DNA of 64,000 bases from the human T2T-CHM13v2.0 reference genome, Homo sapiens, in NCBI RefSeq assembly GCF_009914755.1, contig NC_060935.1; one strand, given 5' to 3'. The number at the start of each line of letters is the position of its first letter. Positions within the stretch are counted from its first letter, which is position 1. Of the stretch, positions 53,577 to 64,000 are shown piece after piece. The notes under the pieces are model-generated. The model had not been told where the DNA came from. It did no database searches and saw only the letters and a program-made list of their open reading frames with translations. The translations under genes and the position numbers were made by a program.

Positions 53577-53962
53577 TGTGATGGTTAATACTGAGTGTCA
53601 ACTTGACTGGATTGAAGGATGCAAAGTATTGATCCTGGGTGTGCCTGTGAGAGTGTTGCAAAGGAGTCTAACATTTGAGCCAGTGGGCTACGAAAGGCAG
53701 ACCCACCCTTAATCTAGGTGGGCATCTTCTACTCAACTGCCAATGCAGCCAGGATATAAAGTAGGCAGAAAAACATGAAGAGGCTAGACTGGCTTAGCCT
53801 TTCAGCCCACGTCTTTTTCCCGTGCTGGATGCTTCCTGCCCTTGAACATCAGATTCCAGGTTCTTCAGCTGTGGGACTTGGACTGGCTTCCTTGTTCCTC
53901 AGCTTGCAGATGGCCTATTGTTTGACCTAATGATTGTGTGAGTTAATACGCCTTAATAAACT

Positions 53963-54019
<57 letters not shown>

Positions 54020-54162
54020 TACATATATATACACACACACACACGTATACACGTATATACGTACATACGTATATATACGTGTGTGTGTGTTTGTGTGTGT
54101 GTTTGTGTGTATGTATATATATCCTATTAATTCTGTCCCTCTGGAGAACCCTGAGTAATACA
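53577..54162 (+). mobile_element. MLT2A1-like 5' LTR of HERV-L with internal (TA)/(CA)/(TG) repeat
   Basis: TGTGATGGTTAATACTGAGTGTCAAC...AATAAACTCC(AT)n...CTGAGTAATACA. Confidence 0.92.
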
Positions 54163-57100
54163 GATTTTGGTACCGGGAGTGGTTCTAGAGGAACCGAATA
54201 ATAAGGATGGAGTTCTTTTGTTGGTTTGGGGGTTTCTGTAGTTGGCTGCTTAATAGAATTGACCCAAAAATGCCAAGGACTCTACTGCTAATAGTAAGGA
54301 GAACACTTACAGTCCTTGGAGTGAACTGTTCAGAGAGTTATGCAATATAAATGCATTTGACACTCTTGATTCACCAATCCTGACGTGAGAGGCAAGGAGT
54401 TTAGTAACCCTGTACATAATACCTTTGACTATTTGTGGAGGACCAAATAATATCATGAAGTTTGCTGGTTGCTCCTAAGTTCACTGGACAAAATGATGAA
54501 ATAAAATAATGAACTCAGGGATTCTAACTCCCGGCTTTAGACGCAGATACTGAGCCTCAAATCTGCTAAGTTTGCCGTGAGTGAAAATTTTATCTCCTGT
54601 AGAAAAAGAGCTGAAATTGTGGAAAAACAGGCACAAACTCTTATTATGTGAATGGCTGACCTGCAACAAAAGTGCATGCACAGCCTCACCAGGTATCTAC
54701 TGTTAAAGTGAGGGCATTGATTGGAAAAGAATGGGTCCCGGCAATTTGAAATGGGGATGGTGGGAGGGCCCTGATGAAACCGGGGACACTGAGTTTGTAA
54801 ACTGGTGAATGTTCTTTGCCAGAAGAAACAGCTTTCCCACCCCTAGTAGTGGCAACATCCTCCGCACGACTCATGCTGCTTTTCCACCTTTGTCTGAGGG
54901 GATAAACCCTGTGCTGCCTGAGGCATCAGTGATGGCCTCTCCTAAGGCAGTTGCCAGGCAAGATAATGTTGATTCTCCTCTGGACCCACCCCAGACACTC
55001 CTGTTTACTTCTAGGCCTATAACTAGACTAAAGTCCTGGTAGGTTCCCAGAGGTGAGGTTCAGAGTGTGACTCATGAGAAGGTATGCTACATTCAAAAAG
55101 AACTGCTTGAGTTTTCTAATTTATACAAGTAGAAATCTAGAGAACAGGCATAGGAATGGATATTAAGGGTGTGGGATAATGGTGGAAGGAACATAGAGTT
55201 GAATCGGTGGAATTTTTTGATTTGGGCCCACTAAGTAGGGATTCTGCATTTAATGTTGCAGCTAAGGGAGTTAAAAAAGGGTCCTAATAGTTTATTTGCT
55301 TGGTTAGCTGAAATACGGATTAAAAGATGGCCCACTGTGAGTGAGCTGGACATGCCTGATCTCCCTTGGTTTAATGTAGAGGAAGAGATCCAAAGGCTTA
55401 GGGAGACTGGGGTGGTGGAGTGGATTAGTCACTTTAGACCTACTCATTCCAACTGGGAGGGTCCAGAAGATATACCCTTGACCAATGCTTTGCGAAATAG
55501 ATTTGTGAGGGCAGCACCTACATCTTTGAAGAGCCCTGTAATTGCTTTTCTCTATATGTCAGATATAACAATGGGAATCACAGTCACTCAACTACAAATT
55601 TAAATACATTGGGAATAACTGTATCCCTAGGTGGCAGGAACCAAGTGGCAGCACTCAGCCTTCAAAGGCAAGGTAGGCATAGCTACCTTAATGGACAGCA
55701 GAGGCAAAGCGGCCATCAGAATAGTCTGACTTGTGTAGAGCTCTGGCATTGGCTAATTAATCATGGTGTTTCTAAAAGTAAAATTGATAGGAAGCCTCCT
55801 GTATTCCTACTTAATTTTTGTAAGCATAAAACTTCCAGGTCAAATAGATAAAAAAGTAATTAGAATTATAAAAACACAGAATCATGGCCCCTCAATCAAT
55901 TTCCAGACTTGAAGCAGCTTACAGACCCAAAACCCCTTGAATGAAGGGGAGGTTGGGTACTCTTGAGGAAGGGCCCCACTACACTACTAATAATTTATGC
56001 TGTTAATCATTCTCCCATCCTTCCCCAAGGGGACCTCTGGCCTTTTACCAGGGTAACTGTGCATTGGGGAAAGGGAAATAATCAGACATTTTGGGGAGTA
56101 CTGGACACTGTCTCTGGGCTGATGTTGATTCCAGGGGGCCCAAAATATCATTGTCGTCCTCCAGTTAAAGTAGGGGCTTATGGAGAACAGGTAATTAATA
56201 GAGTTTTAGCTCAGATCTGACTTGTGTCCAATGGGTCTCTGGACTCATCCTGTGGTAATTTCCCGAGTGCCAGAAAGCATAATTGGCATAGACATATTTC
56301 GCAGCTGGCAGAACCCCTACATTAGCTCCCTTGTAGGTGAGGGCTATTATAGTGGGAAAGGCCAAATGGATGCCATTAAAGTGGCCTCTACCTAAAAAGA
56401 AATAGTAAATCAAAAACAATATTGCATCAGCGGAGGGAATGTGAAGATTAGTGCCAACATCAGGGACTTGAAAGACACAGGGGTGGTGATTCCTACAACA
56501 TCCCTGTACAACTCTCCTATTTGGCCTGTGCAGAAGTCAGATGGATCTTGGAGAATGACAGTGGATTATCATAAGCTTAACCAGTGGTCACTGTAATTGC
56601 AGCTGCTGTACCAGATGTGGTTTCATTGTTTGAGCAAATTAACACATCTCCTGATACCTGGTATGCAGCCATTGATCGGCAAATGGCTTTTTCTCCATTC
56701 CTGTCCTTAAGGCCCAACAGAAGGAATTTGCCTTCAGCTGGCATGGCCAGAAATATACCTTTATGTCCAACCCCATGGGTATGTCAACTCTCCAGATTAG
56801 TGTCAAAATCTTGTTTGGAGAGATCTCAATCGTTTTTTACTTCCATGAGATATCACACTGGCCCACTAAATTGATGACATTGTGTTGATTGGATCCAGTG
56901 AGCAAGAACTAGCCAACAAACTGAACGTATTGGTGAGATATTTGCATGCCAGAGGATGGGAAATAAATCCAACTAAAATTCAGGGATCTTCTACCTCAGT
57001 AAAATGTGTAGGGGTCCAGTGGTGTGGGGCCTGTTGAGATATTCCTTCTAAGGTGAAGGATAAGTTGCTGCCTACAACCAAGAAAGAGGCACAACACCTG

Positions 57101-59650
57101 GAAGACCAATTGGATTTTGGAGGCAATACCTTCCTCATTTGGGTGTGTTACTCTGGCCCATTTATCAAGTTACCCCAAAGGCTGCCAGTTTTGAGTGGGG
57201 TCCAGAACAGGAGAAGGCTCTGCAATAGGTCCAGGCTGCTGTGCAAGCTGCTCTGCCATTTGGTCCATATGACCCAGCAGATCCAATGTGCTTGAGGTTT
57301 CAGTGCAGATAAGAATGTTGTTTGTGGCCTTTGGCAGGCCCCCTTAGGTGAATCAGAGTGGAGTCCTCTAGAATGTTGGGGCAAGGCCCTGCCATCTTCT
57401 GCAGATAACTACTCTCCTTTTGAGAGATAGCTCTTTGCCTGCTACTGGGCTTTGGTGGAAACTGAACGTTTGCCTATAGATCATCAGGTCACCATGCAAC
57501 CTGAAGTGCCTATCATAAACTGGGTGCTTTCTGATCCATCTAGCCATAAAGTGGGTCATGCACAGCAGCATTCCATCATCAAATGGAAGTGGTATATACG
57601 TGATCTGTCTCTAGCAGGTCTTGAAGGCACCAGTAAGTTACATGAGGAAGTGCCACAAATGCCCATTGCCTCCTTCACTTTTGCCACCCCGCCTTCTCTC
57701 CCCCAGACTGCATCGATGGCCTCATGGAGAGTTCCTTTGATCAGTTGACAGAGGAAGAGAAGACTAGGGCCTGGTTCACAGAAGGGTCTGTACGATATGC
57801 AGGCACCACTGTAAAGTGGACAGCTGCAGCACTGTAGCCCCATTTTAGGACATCACTGAAGTACAGCGGTAAAGAAAACCTTCCCAGTAGGCAGAACTTC
57901 GAGCAGTGCACCTGGTTGTGCAGTTTGCATGGAAGAAGAAATGGCCAGATGTGCGATCATATACTGATTCATGAGCTATAGTCAATGGTTTGGCTGGATG
58001 GTCAGGAAATTGGAAGAAGTATGATTGGAAAATAGGTGACAAAGAAATATGGGGAAGAGGTATGTGGATGGACATCTCTGAATGGTCAAAAACTGTGAAG
58101 GTATTTGTATACCATGTGAGTGCTCACCAATGGATGACCACAGCAGAGGAGGATTTTAATAATCAAGTGGATAGGATAACCCATTCTGTGGATACCACTC
58201 AGCCTCTTTCCCTAGCCACTCCTGTCATCACCCAATGGGCCCATGAAAAAGTAGCCATGGTAGCAGGGATGGAGGTTACACATGGGCTCAGGAACATGGA
58301 CTTCCATTCACCTGGCTATGGCCATGGCTAAGTTTTCAATTTGCCAGCAGCAGAGACCAACACTGAGCCCTCAATATGGCACCATTCCTCGGGATGATCA
58401 GCCAGCTAGCTGGTGGCAGGTTTATTGTATTGGATCTCTTTCATCATGGAAAGGGCAGAGGTTTGTCCTCACTGGAATAGACACTTACTCCAGATATGGG
58501 TTTGCCTATCCTACATGCAGTGCTTCTCCCACATCTGTGGACTCATGAAATGCCTTGTCCACCATCATGGTATTCCACACAGCATTGCCTCTGACCAGGG
58601 CACTCACTTTATGACTAAATAAATGCTGCAATGGGCTCATCCTTGTGGAATTTACTGGTCTTACCATGTTCTCCATCATTCTGAAGCACCTGGATTGATA
58701 GAATTGTAGAATGGCCTTTTGAAGTCACAATTACTGTGCCAACTAGGTTACGTTACTTTGCAGGGCTGTGGCAAAGTTCTGCAGAAGGCCCTGTATGCTC
58801 AGAATCAGCATCCAATATAAGGTGCTGTTTCTCCCATAGCCAGGATTCATGGGTACAGGAATCAAGAGGTGGAAGTGGAAGTGGCACCACTCACCATCAC
58901 CCCTAGTGATCCACTGGCAAAATTTTTGCTTTTTCTTTCCATGATATTACATTCTGTTGGCCTAGAGGTCTTAGTTCCAGAGGGAAGAACACTAACACCA
59001 GGAGACACAACAACAATTCCGTTAAATGGGAAGTTAAAATTACCACCTGGACACTTTGGGACCCTCCTACCTTTAAGTCAACAGGCTAAGAAAGGAGTTA
59101 CAGTGTTGGCTGGGGTGATTGACCTGGACTATCAAGATGAAATCAGTTTGCTACTCCACGATAGAGGTAAGGAAGAATATCCACAAAATGCAGGCAATCC
59201 ATTAGGGCGTTTCTTAGTATTACCATGTCCTGTGATTAAGCTGAATGGAAAACTACAACAAACCAATACAGTTGAGACTACAAATGGCCCAGACTCTTCA
59301 GGGCTGAAGGTTTGGGTCACTCCACCAGCAAAAAAAAAAAAAAAAAAAAAAAAACATGACTTGCTGAGGTTCTTCCTGAAGGCAAAGGGAATACAGAATG
59401 TGTAGCAGAAGAAGGTAGTCATCAATACCAGCTACGACCACATGACCAGTTGCAGATATGAGGGATGTAATTGTCATGAGTATTTCCTTTTTCTTTTGTT
59501 AAAAGCATGTTTGTGCATGTATACACTTGTACGAAGAAATATCTTCATTTTATTTCCTTTTCCTTCATCATGTGACATAAGATTTATTGATTTCATATCA
59601 GCATTTAAGTATTGTTAACTTTATGTAATAGCATTTGGGTTGGGAATTGA
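54163..59650 (+). mobile_element. HERV-L internal region (gag-pro-pol-dUTPase, no env), degraded; 3' LTR absent
   Basis: PBS TGGTACCGGGAGTGG at 54168 (tRNA-Leu type); protease LDT, RT WRMTVDY and IDD, RNase H, integrase SDQGTHF remnants. Confidence 0.93.
58960..59230 (+). pseudogene. ERVL dUTPase domain, locally stop-free
   Basis: LKLPPGHFG, GVIDLDYQDEI motifs inside ORF 58869-59405. Confidence 0.75.
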
Positions 59651-60164
59651 TACCTCTTCTCTGCCACCATCCCACCTCCACACAACATGCAGTTTTGGAA
59701 CAGTACTTGTTGGAGGAAAATTCACAGAGGTGGAGGAGTTCTCAGATGCACTGCTCTTGTAGTTCATTCCATGTTAAAGTAATGCAAAAGCAATCTGGTC
59801 ATATCCACCTTCATTAATGAAAGGCAGGATATGTAGCTTTTAACATAATCTGGAAGCAATAGATCCTCTTTAAGCTGATCTGAATATGGGATCCAATAAC
59901 AACCCTGGCCAAACTCTGGGATCGAGCCCTTTTCAGCAAACTCAAAATTCATTAGTTCTGAGAGCTCCAATTTCTTCTATAACTTGAAATAAAGGCTGAA
60001 AAACAAGCCTTGCAATTGAGACCTTTCATTGGAACAGAATCCTGACATTGCCAGGAAGCAGCACCACCACACCTCAGGTGCAAGCAAGGGCTGAGGTCCA
60101 AGTCTTGCAGTTACAGCTGTTCAAACTGTGAGACATGTGATCTGAGCTGCTACCTCAGCATTTG

Positions 60165-60626
60165 TTCTGGTTATATGGTGCTCTGCTACAAAATTTAGTG
60201 GCTTAAACTAGCAATTGCCATTCATTTGACTCATGAATTTGGGCAGGGTTGGATAAAAATGAAGACTCTCTGCACCCCAACATCCAGAGTATCATTTGAA
60301 ATCACTTGAACATCTGGGGCTGGAATAGCTTGAAGTTTGCTGAGTGTCTCTTTTTTATTTAGTGTAAGTGCATCTCCTTTTGGTCTTTCCACATGTTCTC
60401 TTCCAGAAATGGCCTTAGGGTAGTCAAGCAGCAAGTGTTCCAAAGATCACAGCAGACACTGCTAGCCTCCCATGTCCTAACTGGAGGGGTCCCAAAACAT
60501 TATCCATCATTCTTGTTGTCTTCTGAGGAAAAAGCAAGTCACCAATGATACCCTGTATTCAAAGGAAATCCAACTTTTCATCTTGAGAAGTGTCCATGAA
60601 TTTACAGTCATCTTTATTCCATCACA
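60165..60626 (-). mobile_element. Old MLT1 MaLR LTR
   Basis: AAAATTTAGTGGCTTAAA, GGGGCTGGAAT, terminal CCATCACA; degenerate. Confidence 0.6.
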
Positions 60627-60793
60627 GCAATCTATCATAATAGATAGAATTAACAGAATGTTATAATTGATTTCTCTAACCTCTATCAAGTTTTTATAGA
60701 GGTTCACAAGAGAACAGCCAGCAAAGACTTAGTGTTGGACAAATTTGCCCTTAACTTTTATTCCTCCCTTCTCTTAAAAATGACAGCTTTCAT

Positions 60794-61406
60794 TGTTCAA
60801 CTCCCACTTATGAGTGAGAACACATGGTGTTTGGTTTTCTGTTCTTGTATTAGTTTGCTAAGAATGATAGTTTCCAGGTTCATCCATGTCCCTGCAAAGG
60901 ACATGAACTCATCCTTTTTTATGGCTGGACAGTATTCCATGATGTATATGTGCCACATTTTCTTTATCCAGTCTATCATTGATGGGCATTTGGATTGGTT
61001 CCAAGTCTTTGCTATTGTGAACAATGCTACAATAAACATACATGTGGCATGTGTCTTTATAGTAGAATGATTTATAATCTTTTGGGTATATACCCAGTAA
61101 TGAGATTGCTGGGCCAAATGGTATTTCTGGTTCTAGATCCTTGAGGAATCACCACACTTTTCCACAATGGTTGAACTAATTTACACTCCCACCAACAAAA
61201 CACATGGACACAGGGAGGGGAATATCACATACCAGGGTCTGTTGCGGGGTGGGAGGCTAGGAGAGGGATAGCAGCAGAAGAAATACCTAATGTAGTTGAT
61301 GGGTTGATGGGTGCAGCAAACCACCATGGCACATGTATACCTATGTAACAAACCTGTAAGTTTTGCACATGTATCCCAGAACTTAAAGTGAAAAATAATA
61401 ATAATA
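60794..61406 (+). mobile_element. L1PA7-like 3' end with twin-priming inversion (60794-61197 inverted, 61198-61406 sense)
   Basis: TSD AAAAATG(A/G)CAGCTTTCAT at 60776-60793 and 61407-61424. Confidence 0.93.
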
Positions 61407-61911
61407 AAAAATGGCAGCTTTCATAGTGATTTACAGGTCATTAGATCAGTGATCTATATCATTTTAATTAAAAAGGGCCTTAGGAAAGAAGTATTTACCT
61501 ATAGAATAGTGGACCCAGGGAAGAAAGGTATGGCAACACTGAACCCTTCTACTGAACCAGGGACCAAGATTCTTGCAAAAGAAAATATCCAAGGGTGCTG
61601 AATGAATACTTAAGATGATCACGTGGACTTTTCTCAAGTGCAGGGGACTGCCGATGTTGATCTACACATAACAGTATATGTTGGTCAGGATGCATGTATC
61701 ACCCTGGCTGCTTAAGAGAATTATTTTAATGTAAAACAACCTTTCCGGCCCAGGCCAAGCTTCCCAGGATAATCCATTTCTCTCCAGGAGCTGGGTGATC
61801 TTTTTGGCTTTTTGGCATAACATGGCTGGCAGAGCTCAAATTGTTTTTATCAGCTTAGTTACCTCTACCCAGTAGAAATACAACTGCTGAAATTGTAATT
61901 AGGTCTTTTAT

Positions 61912-62020
61912 ATTCCTCTCCTTCCTCCCTCCCTCCCTCCCTCCCTCCGTCCCTCCCTTCCTCCCTTCCTTCCTTCCTTTCTTCCCTACCCCCCTCTCTT
62001 TCTTCTTTTTATTTCCTTGT
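61912..62020. repeat. (CCCT)n/(CCTT)n polypyrimidine repeat
   Basis: Direct inspection. Confidence 0.9.
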
Positions 62021-62997
62021 TTATTTCTGTCTAGCACTAGATTTCATGGGAGACATAGACTAAGATATAAATTTTTAATCCAATATCATCAAAGTTTCAC
62101 CAATGATATGTAAGACTCTAGATGTACAGAAATTATAAGCATTTAATTAGCAAAAAGTTATCAGTATGCTAAACTTAAAATATTACTAAGGAATTTAACC
62201 AGTGTAGATAGTAAATCTGCTTTGAAATATTGAACAAATAGTTTCATCTATTTTATTTTGATGTCAGTAATTTGTTGTTTTCAAGAATGGCTTTTCTGCA
62301 TAGAAAAGACTATGCATTGTTAATTAACTATTTCATTTTACCTAACAGGTAGTGTTTTACTGTAACAAACACAATAATCAAATTTTTTTAAGTTATGATT
62401 CAAGTTGCCAAATATATTATTCTAATTATATAACAAGCAGATCTTTACAATCACTTTCGCAAGGGCTCAAAGTTTCCTAATGCATACAATCTTTAATTAA
62501 ACTCAATATTTTAAATTGAATTTATAAATCCCTTTTAATTTTCTTCTTAAGCTTTTTATGTATCTGACCAAGAAAAAATATCAACACAAGAATATAAGTA
62601 CTTTTTGTATATTAAATACATTAATCTATAAATATGGTAAATTTCACATTATCTTAATTACTTCAATACTGTTTAAAAACACAATAAATCACATTATATT
62701 TTTAATTCAAAAATAACCCAGCTCTAAATCAATTTCTGAATTATATATTTGACATTTGTTTCACAAATATGATCAGTCTGATCATCTATCTACCAAATTC
62801 TCTTACAGGCAATGTCTCTCAAAAGACCGAAGTTGTGTATCTGCCAAGAGATTCCTGGCTAGCATACAAGATTTTCTTCTTACAATTGACACCGACTGAT
62901 CCCTTCTTTGAGTTACCGTAACAGTGACTTCGCAAATAATAAAGAGGTTGGTTTATAGCATGTACCATTGATTTGATTTCATTTAATAATGCTCTAT

Positions 62998-63081
62998 TTC
63001 TCCATTAATTAATTAATAATTAATCTCCATTAATTAATTAATCTCCATTCATTAATTCTTCCCTACCTCCATTCATTAATT
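62998..63081. repeat. Short AT-rich tandem repeat, unit ~CTCCATT(A/C)ATTAAT x4
   Basis: CTCCATT recurs at about 63000, 63024, 63042 and 63067. Confidence 0.75.
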
Positions 63082-63548
63082 GACTGTGTTGCTGGGTTTA
63101 AATTATTTTTCTCTTTTTTACATAGCAATATCTTCCATTTGCATCCAAAGGCATTCTTATGTTGGTCTATTGGGATCTTCACACTATATGTAGTTTTGCC
63201 ATCATTCTGTGAACTTTATACAATATTTGAATTGATATTTAACTTTATTATTTCATTTATTTGCATATAACACCCTGTTTTTCTGTTACAATACTAACAA
63301 CAGAACTTAACAAAAGCATCCAAGCACACAAATAATCAACCTTATGTAAAAATCAATAAATCATGTGAAATGTATGTGAATTCCCTACGTTGTAATATAT
63401 GTCTAATACTGCTTTGGGATAATGGGAGTTAGAAAAAATGTGTAAGACATAATTCACAGATCTATAGTGTCTACTGAGTTATCAGGGAGAATAGCATACA
63501 TTTTCAGTATAAATAAGACAGAAAGAGAGCACGGAATTCAATTAATTC

Positions 63549-63550
<2 letters not shown>

Positions 63551-63581
<31 letters not shown>

Positions 63582-63597
63582 ACGTGTGTGTGTGTGT
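63551..63597. repeat. (TG)n microsatellite
   Basis: Direct inspection. Confidence 0.9.
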
Positions 63598-64000
63598 AAA
63601 ATCGTACTCATAAAACTAATTCAATAAGAGATTATTAAAGTTTTGGAGTATAACATGATGCATTAATCTACATCAATTTCAAATATGTGAATATTCCCAC
63701 TTTATAAGAAAGAAAACTTCAGCTGTTCCATCATTAGCACATTTGAATGCTTGTCTGAGTAGCAAATATGTGATTGGAACCATTTATTTTGTTCCTGCAA
63801 TTGCATTTAATATCTGCAATTTGGTTTTATCCCTAGATCTTTGATATATAAATAAAATATACTTAAAAAATTGTCTCTGAGTATAATTTTCACATTTATA
63901 AAAAGAATAAAATTTTCGCATTTTATCCATGTGAAATCAGAGGCATCTACTGAACAACGATTGAGAGAATGTGTAGCTTTATGATTAGTTCCAGTCTCAG

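Overview
Primate (almost certainly human) genomic DNA from an olfactory-receptor cluster, recognised from the protein sequences as the 11q12 OR5F1 - OR5F2P - OR5AS1 segment. It holds two intact single-exon OR coding regions (OR5F1, minus strand; OR5AS1, plus strand) and one frameshifted paralog (OR5F2P). Much of the rest is transposon-derived: several L1s (three with twin-priming 5' inversions), two ERVL proviruses, MaLR/ERV LTRs, Alus, Tigger1 and a MER85. Almost all other ORFs in the track are repeat-derived or spurious. I found no convincing new biological system. The most interesting signals are (i) two inverted L1 copies flanking OR5F1 that share non-consensus variants including a stop codon, (ii) a ~390-bp inverted duplication with perfectly matching patches upstream of OR5F1, (iii) OR5F1/OR5F2P coding regions far more similar than their flanks, except around TM5, (iv) a DRY->DLY change in OR5AS1, (v) an open L1 ORF0 that reads out into flanking DNA, and (vi) a MER85 with an intact CSB-PGBD3 palindrome just 3' of OR5AS1. 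Repeat subfamily names and consensus comparisons are from memory and need RepeatMasker/Dfam confirmation.
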